Below are positions 18,407-29,000 of a DNA stretch of 59,878 nucleotides, piece after piece; position 1 is the stretch's first letter, and every line of letters begins with the position of its first letter. The notes beneath the pieces are model-generated. The model was not told where the DNA came from. It did no database searches and saw nothing but the letters and a program-made list of their open reading frames with translations. A program made the position numbers and the translations under genes. The stretch comes from Bacilli bacterium. Lineage in GTDB: Bacteria > Bacillota_I > Bacilli_A > RF39 > UBA660. The stretch covers positions 1 through 59,878 of the forward strand of contig JBJEEB010000005.1 of assembly GCA_051872655.1 (NCBI GenBank), given 5' to 3'.

Positions 18407-18839
18407 GATTAGAGTTTATAATGAAGAAGAAATTAAAATATTATTAAGTAATCCTAATGTTGAGAGAATAAGAAATAAAAGTCAAATAGTTTATAAGAAT
18501 AGTTTTAAATTGTGGGCGGTTAAAGAAAAGTTATCTGATACTTCAAAAACTGCAAGACAAATTTTTGTTGCAGGTGGTTTTGATATGAATATATTAGATG
18601 ATAGAACTCCACAAAAAAGATTATGTTCTTGGGTAAAGAAATATAAAAAGTTTGGAGAAGATTATTTTACTGATAAAAATAAATATTCATATAAGGCAAT
18701 TCAAAAAACTAAATATATATTTTTAAGTAAAACATTTAACGATCCAAATTTTCTTGCTTTCATAATTGAGAAAAAAGATAATGGAACTTTTGATTATAGA
18801 GTTATTAGGAAGATGAAAGATGAAAAAACTAACAGTTAG
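18399..18839 (+). CDS. IS3-family OrfA-like HTH protein without a transposase partner
   Basis: YNEEEIKILLSNPNV...IVYKNSFK...RQIFVAGGFD...W.KKYKKFG matches the Firmicute IS3 OrfA pattern; overlaps both neighbours. Confidence 0.65.
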   Translation: MNKIRVYNEEEIKILLSNPNVERIRNKSQIVYKNSFKLWAVKEKLSDTSKTARQIFVAGGFDMNILDDRTPQKRLCSWVKKYKKFGEDYFTDKNKYSYKAIQKTKYIFLSKTFNDPNFLAFIIEKKDNGTFDYRVIRKMKDEKTNS

Positions 18840-19149
18840 AGTTGAAGATTATATTTATGATAGATTATTTCTTGTAGCAAAAGATAATTCTACTTCTACT
18901 AATAAAATTATTAATGCAATTATTGAAAAGTATATTAATGAGCCAAGAGAGATAAATTATTTAAAAGAAATAAATGAGAAGTTGCAAGAGCTAGTTGAAC
19001 TTGAAGATAAAATTGCAAAAAGACAATATAAACATTTTAGATTATCACAACAACACTTTGCTAACTTTGGTTATTTATCTAATGCAGACATTAAAGAAGA
19101 TAAATGTCTTAATGAGATTTTAAATAATAAGGACAATTTCAATGAGTAA
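18820..19149 (+). CDS. Second RHH relaxosome auxiliary protein
   Basis: KKLTVRVEDYIYDRLFLVAKDNSTSTNKIINAIIEKYI. Confidence 0.7.
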   Translation: MKKLTVRVEDYIYDRLFLVAKDNSTSTNKIINAIIEKYINEPREINYLKEINEKLQELVELEDKIAKRQYKHFRLSQQHFANFGYLSNADIKEDKCLNEILNNKDNFNE

Positions 19150-20506
19150 GAAAAGTCCGAAAGTAGTTTTTAAAAGTAAATATTGTTTAGCTCTTAACTC
19201 ACGAGATACTAAAAATAAATCTTTAAATTATAAAGAAGATAGATTAAAAGATATAGATGATATGGTTGATTACTTTTCTAATGAAAAGAAAAAGACAGTA
19301 GGTATGTTTGAATATTATATGGGACATACAAGAAAAGAAAAATATAATCTTATATTAGAAGATGGTAGTAGTGCCACTAAAAAAGATATTGCAGAAATTA
19401 AAACTAAATATAAAAAGTATATAGAAAATTCTAATTTGTGGAAAGGTATTTTAAGTTTTAAAAGAGAATATTTAGATGAAAACATTGATATTAAAACTTT
19501 GGAACAAAAAATAGCAAAAGAAGTAATGCCACAATTTTTAAAGTATTGTGGTTTTAAAGATATAAAAAATATGAGTTATGTTTTTTCGATTCATACAAAC
19601 AGAAAACATCAACCTCATATACATTTTGCTTTTGTAGAAAAGAAACCGAATTTTATATGTGCTAATAATAAAATAGGATATAGAAGAAAAGGTAAAATTA
19701 GTATTGATGAACAAAACTATTTAAAAAGATTAGTTGAACTTGCCATTGAAAGAGAAAAGTATTATACACCACTTTTAAAAAAGACTAATGAAGATATTGA
19801 TTATTTAAAATCATATTTTAATCCAAAAGAAAGAAACTTTACTTTAAGAAATGTTAGTGAGATATATATTGAGGAAGATATTTTAAAACTTGGAGAGTTA
19901 GTAAAACAATATAGGGAACATAATAATCAAACTTCTAAAAAAATAAAATATAATTCAATTAAGAATGATGAACTTGGCAAAGAAATTAAATCTTTAACAA
20001 GAAAAATTAAAAAATATTTGTTTAGTGATGATACATCTATTTTGTATGCTAGTAAGAAAGATATAAATAAAGATTTAGAAAAATTAAATGATTACTTTGA
20101 TGAATTAAATAGAAATAATAATATTGAAGAACTAACGGCTAATAATATTATCGTTAATAAAAAGCAAGAATATATAGATAATTATATTTATAATTCAATA
20201 GTAAATCATTCATTATATAAATATGAGCATATATCAATGGTTGTAAAAAATAAAAATAATATTGATAAGATTACTTTTGAAGATTTAATACAAGAAGTTG
20301 CTTATCAAAATAGTAAAAGAAATAAATACTCTGATAAGCAAAGAAGAAAAATTGTATTAGATAATTATTTTAAGGGTAATAGTAATATGACAAAATTTCC
20401 TAGTAAGCATAAAATGGAAAAAGCATTAAAGAATATTAATTATGAAATGGAAAAAGCATCGCAAGAATTTAGTAAATTATTTAATTATGATGTTAAAGAT
20501 AAATGA
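19142..20506 (+). CDS. MobL-type relaxase
   Basis: SPKVVFKSKY, EYYMG, LWKGILSF and IHTNRKHQPHIHFAFVE (HUH) motifs. Confidence 0.8.
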   Translation: MSKKSPKVVFKSKYCLALNSRDTKNKSLNYKEDRLKDIDDMVDYFSNEKKKTVGMFEYYMGHTRKEKYNLILEDGSSATKKDIAEIKTKYKKYIENSNLWKGILSFKREYLDENIDIKTLEQKIAKEVMPQFLKYCGFKDIKNMSYVFSIHTNRKHQPHIHFAFVEKKPNFICANNKIGYRRKGKISIDEQNYLKRLVELAIEREKYYTPLLKKTNEDIDYLKSYFNPKERNFTLRNVSEIYIEEDILKLGELVKQYREHNNQTSKKIKYNSIKNDELGKEIKSLTRKIKKYLFSDDTSILYASKKDINKDLEKLNDYFDELNRNNNIEELTANNIIVNKKQEYIDNYIYNSIVNHSLYKYEHISMVVKNKNNIDKITFEDLIQEVAYQNSKRNKYSDKQRRKIVLDNYFKGNSNMTKFPSKHKMEKALKNINYEMEKASQEFSKLFNYDVKDK

Positions 20507-20527
20507 TTATAAAATTAATTTGTTCGA

Positions 20528-20556
20528 TTGTTTTATGAACAAATGTTTGATATAAT
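20528..20556 (+). promoter_or_regulatory. sigmaA promoter with a Gram-positive SOS (Cheo)-like box in the spacer
   Basis: TTGTTT-17-TATAAT; GAACaaatGTTT at 20537-20548 (one mismatch to GAAC-N4-GTTC). Confidence 0.7.
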
Positions 20557-20576
20557 GTTTAAAAATGGAGGTTGAA

Positions 20577-22076
20577 ATGAAAAAAGTTTATATGTGTATA
20601 GATTTAAAAAGTTTTTATGCCTCTGTTGAATGTATTGAAAGAGGTTTAGATCCTTTAAATACTAATTTAGTGGTTGCAGATGAAAGTAGAACAGAAAAAA
20701 CTGTTTGTCTTGCAATAACACCAAGTTTAAAACAATATGGTCTAGGAGGTAGAGCAAGACTTTTTGAAGTCATTCAAAAAGTTAAAAGTATTAACTATGA
20801 AAGAAGAAAGAATAATAATTATAAAAAATTTAATTCGAAATCATTTTTTGATAGTGAACTAAAAAAAGATAGAACATTGGAATTAGATTTTATAATTGCT
20901 CCACCTCAAATGAAAAAATACATGAAATATAGTACCAATATTTATAAAATATATTTAAAATATTTAGCACCAGAAGATATTTTTGTTTATTCAATAGATG
21001 AAGTTTTTTGTGATATAACTACTTATTTAAGTATGTATCAGATGACAGCAAAAGAATTAGTTTCTAAAATAATAAAAGATGTTTATGATACAACTGGAAT
21101 AACTGCAACTGCCGGAATAGGAACTAATATGTATTTGGCAAAAGTATGTATGGACATAGTTGCTAAACATGCAGAACCTAATGAAATTGGTGTTAGAATT
21201 GCAGAACTAAACGAGATGTCATATAGAAAATTATTATGGAATCATAAGCCATTAACATCATTTTGGAGAGTTGGCAAAGGTATAGCAGATAAATTAGAAA
21301 AGAATGGATTATATACTATGGGAGATGTTGCAAGATGTTCTTTAAATAACGAAAATTTATTATATAAATTATTTGGAGTAAATGCAGAATTATTAATTGA
21401 TCATGCTTGGGGTTGGGAACCGACAACAATAAAAGAAGTTAAAGCATATAAACCCGAAAGAAATAGCATATCTTCTGGACAAGTTTTACATTGTCCATAT
21501 AAATATGAAAAAGCTAAATTAATTGTTAGAGAAATGATAGACTTATTATCATTAGATTTAACTGATAAGCATTTAGTTACAAAGCAATTAGTATTAGATA
21601 TAGGTTATGACATTGAAAATTTAAACAATCCTTTAATCAAAAAATTGTATAATGGAGAAATAACAATAGATAATTATGGAAGAGAAGTTCCTAAACATTC
21701 TCATGGAACGATAAATTTGGATTACAATACTTCTTCATCAAAAGTCCTATCAAAAAAATGTATTGAATTATATGATAGAATAGTAAATAAAAATTTATTA
21801 ATTAGAAAAATAAATATTACTGCTTGTAATATAATTGATGAAGATATAGTAAAAAAAGAAGTAGTCCATGAGCAATTAAATCTTTTTTCATCAAGTGATG
21901 ATTCTGAACAGGAAATTGAAGATAAAAAAAGACAAAAAGAAGATAATAAATTACAACATGTTTTATTAGATATTAAAAATAAATATGGAAAAAACTCTAT
22001 CTTAAAAGGTATGAACTTAGAAGAAGGTGGAACAACAATTGATAGAAATAATCAGGTTGGAGGTCATAAAGGATAA
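20577..22076 (+). CDS. Y-family DNA polymerase (UmuC/UvrX-like)
   Basis: CIDLKSFYASVEC, YSIDEVF, GIGTNMYLAK; start after RBS ggagg. Confidence 0.9.
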   Translation: MKKVYMCIDLKSFYASVECIERGLDPLNTNLVVADESRTEKTVCLAITPSLKQYGLGGRARLFEVIQKVKSINYERRKNNNYKKFNSKSFFDSELKKDRTLELDFIIAPPQMKKYMKYSTNIYKIYLKYLAPEDIFVYSIDEVFCDITTYLSMYQMTAKELVSKIIKDVYDTTGITATAGIGTNMYLAKVCMDIVAKHAEPNEIGVRIAELNEMSYRKLLWNHKPLTSFWRVGKGIADKLEKNGLYTMGDVARCSLNNENLLYKLFGVNAELLIDHAWGWEPTTIKEVKAYKPERNSISSGQVLHCPYKYEKAKLIVREMIDLLSLDLTDKHLVTKQLVLDIGYDIENLNNPLIKKLYNGEITIDNYGREVPKHSHGTINLDYNTSSSKVLSKKCIELYDRIVNKNLLIRKINITACNIIDEDIVKKEVVHEQLNLFSSSDDSEQEIEDKKRQKEDNKLQHVLLDIKNKYGKNSILKGMNLEEGGTTIDRNNQVGGHKG

Positions 22077-22483
22077 TGGATAAATATGACGATATAATTA
22101 ATCTTTCTCATTATGAGCCAAAATATCATCCTAGAATGAGTATGTATAAAAGGTCGGCACAATTCGCTCCTTTTTCAGCGTTAGTTGGGTATGATGAACA
22201 AGTTCGGGAATGTTCAAGATTAACCGACAAAAGATTGGAAATGGATGATGATTCAAAAGAAATAATAAATAATAAATTAAACAAGATAAATGAGTTTATA
22301 AAAAATAATCCAGAAGTAGAAATAACATATTTTATACCTGATGAAAAAAAAGCAGGTGGTAAATATGTTACTGAAAATGTAAATGTAAAAAGAATTGATT
22401 TTATAAATAGATTTATAAAACTTACTGATAATAAAAAAATAGTCTTAGATGACATTATAGAAATAAATATCAAAGATAAGTGA
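22076..22483 (+). CDS. YolD-like protein (UmuD-analogue partner)
   Basis: YDDIINL...HPRMS...RSAQFAPFSALVGY; coupled to the polymerase gene. Confidence 0.8.
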   Translation: MDKYDDIINLSHYEPKYHPRMSMYKRSAQFAPFSALVGYDEQVRECSRLTDKRLEMDDDSKEIINNKLNKINEFIKNNPEVEITYFIPDEKKAGGKYVTENVNVKRIDFINRFIKLTDNKKIVLDDIIEINIKDK

Positions 22484-22488
22484 ATTAA

Positions 22489-22512
22489 AATCGTAGAAAT
22501 ACGATTTTTTTT
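22489..22512 (+). terminator. Intrinsic terminator, identical to 33402-33425
   Basis: aatcgta-gaaa-tacgatt followed by a T tract. Confidence 0.8.
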
Positions 22513-22536
22513 AATACAAAGAAAGGAGAATTATTA

Positions 22537-22728
22537 ATGAAAGAAGAAGATGAAATAAAGATTTATCATAAAGTTTGTGATATTTCTAGGATATGTAAAA
22601 AATATTTTTACGAGAGAAAATATTTGCCAAGTTACGCTTGGTCAATGGATAAAGTTGTTGAATCTATTTATTCAACTTCAAAAGAATTAAAAAAGCAATA
22701 TGATGAATTAAAGAAAAATAATAAATAG
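22537..22728 (+). CDS. Small hypothetical protein
   Basis: Strong RBS aaggag; 63 aa. Confidence 0.6.
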   Translation: MKEEDEIKIYHKVCDISRICKKYFYERKYLPSYAWSMDKVVESIYSTSKELKKQYDELKKNNK

Positions 22729-22739
22729 GAGGTTTTAAA

Positions 22740-22868
22740 ATGTTATTGATTATATTTGGTGCAATAGGATTATTCTTATTGCTTTTTATTTATTCTGCTT
22801 GTGTTGTATCAAGTAGATGTTCAAGAATGGAGGAAAGCTATGAAAGAAAAATTAGTAAAAGAAATTAA
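22740..22868 (+). CDS. 42-aa single-TM peptide (not in the ORF track)
   Basis: RBS aggagg; MLLIIFGAIGLFLLLFIYSACVVSSRCSRMEESYERKISKRN. Confidence 0.55.
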   Translation: MLLIIFGAIGLFLLLFIYSACVVSSRCSRMEESYERKISKRN

Positions 22869-23103
22869 AAAGGAATTGGAAAAGTCTGATTATTTTTTTG
22901 ATGGTGAGATAGAACAAATAATAACTATCGTTAGAAAAGCATTAAATAAGTATATTCATGATGAAAAAATAATTAGCAGAAAAGATAAACTTTTAAAAGT
23001 GATAGAAAAATATTTAATAAAGATAAGAGTAATTATAAAAAGAATATCTTTTAAAAAAAGATCAGTAGAGGAGGAAAACGATGAACACATTAGAAATGTA
23101 TAA
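22840..23103 (+). CDS. Basic hypothetical protein
   Basis: Likely start ATG at 22840 after ggagg. Confidence 0.55.
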   Translation: MKEKLVKEIKKELEKSDYFFDGEIEQIITIVRKALNKYIHDEKIISRKDKLLKVIEKYLIKIRVIIKRISFKKRSVEEENDEHIRNV

Positions 23104-23419
23104 AAGATTATCAGATGAGGATAAATCTCATTTAACAGTGTATTGTATTTACGATAGCATTTACGATGTTGCAAGAAATAATAATATAGAAATTAGTGAT
23201 GAACTTGCTATGAATATTCAAGAACTTGCTCATGATTTGTATCTTGAAGATGAATATATGAATTTATCTGCATCACAAATTGCTTTCTTTTTAACAGAGT
23301 GTTATACAAAAGATAATACATTTATGGATAAAGTAGAAGATATGGATTACGATGACATATTACAAGCAGTTGAAGATAATAATCATGAATTTTATATTGA
23401 AGAAGAAATGGAAAGGTAG
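23081..23419 (+). CDS. Highly acidic small protein (DNA-mimic candidate)
   Basis: About 29 D/E vs 7 K/R in 112 aa; ends EEEMER. Confidence 0.7.
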   Translation: MNTLEMYKRLSDEDKSHLTVYCIYDSIYDVARNNNIEISDELAMNIQELAHDLYLEDEYMNLSASQIAFFLTECYTKDNTFMDKVEDMDYDDILQAVEDNNHEFYIEEEMER

Positions 23420-23429
23420 GTAATAAATT

Positions 23430-23705
23430 ATGGATTTTACAAAGTTAAATGTTGAGTTTGCTAATATGCAAAATACTATTACTAAGTATAATAATATTTT
23501 GAATGAAATAAAGAATAGAATTAAAAACAATTTAAGAGATATTAGTAAATATGAAACAAAAATAAAAAATACAAAGAATAATTTAGAAAAAGAGAGTTAT
23601 AAAATACTAGTTATTTCATTAAAAAATGAAACTTCATTTTTAGAAAATATTATAAAGGAGGATGAACAAAATGAACGAGAAACAGGGGTTACTAAAACAG
23701 TATAA
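23430..23705 (+). CDS. Coiled-coil hypothetical protein
   Basis: Heptad-like pattern, 91 aa. Confidence 0.6.
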   Translation: MDFTKLNVEFANMQNTITKYNNILNEIKNRIKNNLRDISKYETKIKNTKNNLEKESYKILVISLKNETSFLENIIKEDEQNERETGVTKTV

Positions 23706-24069
23706 TGAAGAAGAAATTAAGCAATTACTTAAAGATAAAGTAAAAATGGTTTATATTGATAATGGAAGTGAAGAATTTGTAGCAAGATATGATGATTTAC
23801 CAGACATTATCGTAGATGTAAACGAAAAACTTGGACATACTGAAAATTTAAAGGTATATGATTTTGAAAATCCAATTGCATATAAACCGATTTTAACAAC
23901 AATAGGTTATTTTTTAGATAAATGTGATCCAGAGATAAGAAAAGATATAATAGATAGATTAGTTGGATTACAAAAAGGAGAAATTGAAGTAAAAGATTAT
24001 AAGGTAATTGATGAAGATATGTTAGATGATGTAAGAATTGCTATGGAAAAAGAAGAAATGGATAGATAA
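23662..24069 (+). CDS. Acidic hypothetical protein
   Basis: RBS ggagg upstream; ends KEEMDR. Confidence 0.65.
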   Translation: MNKMNEKQGLLKQYNEEEIKQLLKDKVKMVYIDNGSEEFVARYDDLPDIIVDVNEKLGHTENLKVYDFENPIAYKPILTTIGYFLDKCDPEIRKDIIDRLVGLQKGEIEVKDYKVIDEDMLDDVRIAMEKEEMDR

Positions 24070-24071
24070 TT

Positions 24072-26045
24072 ATGTCAATGATATATATAGTTATTTTAGT
24101 TTTAGTGGCTTTAATAATTATATTTTTGTATTTTATTGAGCCACTAATAACTAGGCAAAAAATAAAAGATAATAATGAGCATGGTAGTGCAAGATGGGCT
24201 ACTAAACAAGAAATAGAAAAGCATTTTAGAAAAGAGCAAATAAGTCATATTGTAAAAAGTGGATTTCCTGTATATTATTCAAAGGATAATAGATATGTAT
24301 GGTTTGATATGGAAACACCACATTGGATTTATTTAGGTTCCACAGGAAGTGGCAAAAGCGCTACTGCAGTAATTCCTGAATGTAGCTTTATTGCTACTGC
24401 TGAAAATAAAAAAAGTGTTTTTATTACAGATCCAAAAGGAGAAATATTTTCTACAACAAGTAAAATGTTTAAAGACAATGGTTATCATGTGTTTACATTG
24501 GATTTTAGAAATCCAGAATTTTCTAATCATGCTAATTTATTAGAAACTGCAATTAATGAATATGAATTGTATGATAAAAATGAGAAATTGAGTGAACAGG
24601 AAAACGATGAGAAATTAAAAATTAAGTATAAAAATGAATCAATAACACATTTTGCACAATGTAATCAAATAGTAAATGATATATGTACTATGATTATGTC
24701 AGATAAAACTGCAAAAGAGGCATTTTGGAATAATAGTGCAAGTGATTTGTTATATGGAATCATTTTTTTATTTTTGGAAGATTATGCTGATGGAAAAATT
24801 AAAAGAGAACAAATTACTTTAACTTCAATGAAAAAATTTCAAAATAGTTCAATGACTGAAAAGAATATTAAAGTATTAAGAAAATATGTGGAGGCAAAAC
24901 CTTATGGTTATAGAAGTAAAGATAAATTAATACCAATTATATCTACTAGTGAAAATACATATAAGAGTATTACTTCAATTTTTAATGAAAGAATGACTTT
25001 ATTTGATGATGTAAATGTAGAAAATATAACATCAAATTCAGATTTTGATTTTGATATTTTAGGAAAAGAGCCATCGGTGTTATATTGTTGCATACCTGAT
25101 GAATCAAAAATATATTATACACTCGTATCGGTAGTAGTTTCCTTAGTATATAAAAGATTAGTATTATTATGTAATATGCAACCAAATAAAAAACTACCTA
25201 CTGAACTTGTATTTTTACTTGACGAGTTTGCAAATACTCCACCACTACAAGACATTGAAACGATAGTATCAGTAGCTAGAAGTAGAGGTATGTATTTTCA
25301 ATTCTTTTTACAAAGTTTTGCCCAACTAGATAATTTGTATGGTAAGGAAGTTAGTCAAATAATTCAAGATAACTGTGGTTTGGCTTATCTTAAAACAAAT
25401 ACACAAGAAACTGCGGAAGCAATTAGTTCTAGATTAGGTACTCATGGAGTTGAGACTACTTCATTAAATTATTCAATGAGTTTTTTAAATAATAATGGTA
25501 GTAAGGGAACAAGTCTTATTTCTAGAAGATTATTAACTGCTGATGAAATTAAACAATTACATTACAAGACAATTATCTTTCCAACAATAGGTTACCCAAT
25601 TTTTCGTGATACTGTTATTTATCAAAAATTTAGTTGTTATAAAAAAGGTTATGTTGAAAGAAATATAAGACCACTTGAAAGATTAGTTGATACTTACTAT
25701 ACAGTAGAACAGTTGAAGTTTGAAGATAAAAATAGTAATCAAGAGCCAAAACTAAATACTTATGAATCACAAATGAAAACAAGGTTAGTATCCATTATAA
25801 ATGAAGTAATAAAAATATTTGGGAAAATAGATTTTAATGTAGAATATACAAAAGAAAATAATAATATAATTGCAGAGTTATATTTAGCACCACCATTATC
25901 AATCAATGATTTAAAAGGACTTGAAGAATTAAGTAGTAAATTAGATTTTGGATATAATGCCATATCTGATAAAGAAAAAGTTAATAGAAAAAATAGAAAC
26001 TCTTTAATAGAGATTTTTTTAAATGATAGAGAAAAAGAAATGTGA
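24072..26045 (+). CDS. virD4: VirD4/TraG type IV coupling protein
   Basis: N-terminal TM, HGSARWA, Walker A GSTGSGKS, DPKGE, LLDEFAN, ARSRG. Confidence 0.9.
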   Translation: MSMIYIVILVLVALIIIFLYFIEPLITRQKIKDNNEHGSARWATKQEIEKHFRKEQISHIVKSGFPVYYSKDNRYVWFDMETPHWIYLGSTGSGKSATAVIPECSFIATAENKKSVFITDPKGEIFSTTSKMFKDNGYHVFTLDFRNPEFSNHANLLETAINEYELYDKNEKLSEQENDEKLKIKYKNESITHFAQCNQIVNDICTMIMSDKTAKEAFWNNSASDLLYGIIFLFLEDYADGKIKREQITLTSMKKFQNSSMTEKNIKVLRKYVEAKPYGYRSKDKLIPIISTSENTYKSITSIFNERMTLFDDVNVENITSNSDFDFDILGKEPSVLYCCIPDESKIYYTLVSVVVSLVYKRLVLLCNMQPNKKLPTELVFLLDEFANTPPLQDIETIVSVARSRGMYFQFFLQSFAQLDNLYGKEVSQIIQDNCGLAYLKTNTQETAEAISSRLGTHGVETTSLNYSMSFLNNNGSKGTSLISRRLLTADEIKQLHYKTIIFPTIGYPIFRDTVIYQKFSCYKKGYVERNIRPLERLVDTYYTVEQLKFEDKNSNQEPKLNTYESQMKTRLVSIINEVIKIFGKIDFNVEYTKENNNIIAELYLAPPLSINDLKGLEELSSKLDFGYNAISDKEKVNRKNRNSLIEIFLNDREKEM

Positions 26046-26060
26046 AAGAAGGTGTAAAAA

Positions 26061-29000
26061 GTGAATAACAAATTTATAAATGAATACTTTGAAACAAGAG
26101 ATAATACTTTACGAGATATACAAAGTAGTTCATATAATTGGAATAAGTTTATTACTTATTGGTCAAAAATATTAGATAAATATAGCGTTGATAATGTTTT
26201 AAATCTGTATTCTTATAATTCAAGTGGAAGAACTTTTATGACTTTTGATGAATGGAATAGCGAAGAAGTTGATAGAAGAATAAAACCTAAAAGTAAAGGA
26301 ATACCAATAATTGAAGATGATCATAAAATATATGTATTTGATATTAGACAAACTTATGGAAAAGATTATAAGCTATGGAATTATAATCATTATGTAGATA
26401 AGTCAATACTTAATTATTATCAATTTAGTGTTGACATTATAAATGATGATAATAAAACAATAAATGAAAATTTTTATGATACCTTCTATGAAATATCGTT
26501 AAAACAAATAATGAATAATTATATGACTATGTCAGAAGAAGAAGTGGAGTTTGTTGCTAAAACAATGACTTCACTTTTTTTATCAAAGTCTAACTTTAAT
26601 ATATATAATCTTCCGAATTCTTATGAAATGTTAGAAGAAATGGATACAGATGATATTTTAAAATGTATGCAAATTGCTAATAAGGAAACTGCAATTATAT
26701 ATAAAGATTTTGTAGAAAAAACAAATAGTCTTGAATCAGTTCAAAATTATATTCAAAGTAATGTATTATTTCAGTTTAAAGATGGTAAATATTTTAATGA
26801 AGAAGAAAAACAAAACTTTTTATCTGGTATAGAAAATAATACTTTCTTTAACAATAAATTTTTAGAAAATATTTATGATAGTTATGTTAATAAGTATGAA
26901 CATTCATTTAAAAGAAAAGTTGATAAAGTTGAAAATATTATTAGTTTTGATAAAGATAAAGTTTATATAAATAATGAAGAAGTTAGTGAAGAAGAATTTG
27001 ATAATGCATTTGAAGAAATTGAAGAAGAACATTTTAATAATGAAAATAATCTAAATGTTATAAATAAAAATAACTATGTAGAACAAATGTCTCTATTTGC
27101 CCCAAGAGAAGAAGAACTAGCAAGTAAGATTTGCGATATATTTAATTCTTTTGACACTAAATATCAAAATACATTTGAAGTACATAATGTTGAATTACAA
27201 AGATGGGAACATATATCAAGTAAAAAAAGAAATCTTACAATATTATTAAAAAGTTCATTAATAGATAGTTTAGCAGATAGAGAAAATAGTTTTACATATT
27301 TTAATACTGATAAAACTGATGAAAAGAAACTTAATGAGGGATTATTAAATAATGCTTTTATTCAGTCATTATATAAAGATAAAGATTTTTCAATTTCTTT
27401 TACACCAGATATGATACATATATATTGGCATAACTTTGATGACAAGCAATTTGATATGTCTATTCCAAGTACTAAATTAATAAATCAAGATGAAATAGAT
27501 AGTAAAGAATTAGAACAAATAGATAAAGAAGTTTCTAATATTACTGATGATGTAATTGATTATAAAGTAACTACTGCTGAAATAATACCAACTCGTAATG
27601 GTATAGAAACTAATGTTATAGAAGAACATAGTTATAACAGTAATGGAGAAGAAGTAAAAGAAAAATATCCACCAATTAATTATCATATTAGTGATGATAA
27701 AATTGATACAAGTTTTGGTGCTAAATCAAGATTTGAAGATAATATAAAAGCAATAGAACTCTTAAAAAAATTAGAAAATGAAGATAGAAATGCAACCGAA
27801 GAAGAACAAGAAATTTTATCTCGTTATGTAGGTTGGGGTGGAATTGCTGATGCTTTTGATGAAAGAAAAGAAAATTGGAAAGAGGAAAGAGAGAAATTAA
27901 AATTACTCTTAAATGAAGAAGAATATAAAGCAGCTGCACATTCAACATTATCTTCTTTTTATACTCCAAATATAGCAATAGATGGGATTTATAAAGCATT
28001 AAAACAATTTGGATTTGAAAAAGGAAATGTTTTAGAGCCAAGTTGTGGTATTGGTAATTTTTTTGGAAGACTTCCTAGTGAGTTTGATAAATCTAAATTA
28101 TATGGTGTCGAGTTAGATAGTATAAGTGGAAGAATTGCTAAAAAACTTTATCCAAATGCTAAAATAGAAATAACAGGTTATGAAGATTCAAAGGTTGCAG
28201 ATAATTTATTTGATATTGCAATTGGTAATGTACCTTTTGGAAGTAATACTGTATATGATAAAAGATATAAAGATAGATTTTTAATTCATGATTACTTTTT
28301 TCAAAAAACATTAGATAAAGTAAGAGATGGAGGAATTATTGCTTTTATTACTACTGATGGGACACTTGATAAGAAAGATACAAGAGTAAGAGAATACATT
28401 GCAAAAAGAGCAGAATTTTTAGGAGCAATAAGATTACCTAACAATACATTTACAGGAAACGCAAATGCCAAAGTTACATCTGATATTATTTTTTTGAAAA
28501 AGAGAGATGAATTAAAGTTAGATATAAGTGATGAAAGTTGGATATATACGAGTGAATATGATGATGGAATTACAATAAACAATTATTATATTGATAATCC
28601 AAATATGATGCTTGGTAAAATGGAAACAACAACTCATTTTGATATGGCGACTTGTATTCCATTTGAAGATAGAGATATAAATGTTTTAATGAATCAAGCA
28701 ATAGAACATCTACCAACTAATATATATGAGCAAAGTAGTTTTATAGAAAATAATGATACTAATTATGAAGTATTAGATGCAGATGATAGTCTTAAAAATA
28801 ATGCTTTTACTGTAATAAATAAAGATGGTAAAGACATTATTTATCAAAGGTCATTTTCAAGTTTAGTACCATACAGTATTCAAGATGGCATGACTGCTAA
28901 AAGAATTATTGGTTTGTGTAAAATTAAAGATGCTTTAAGAGAAGTATTTAATATACAACTTCGAGATGGAAGTGATGAAGAATTAAAATTTGCACAAGAA

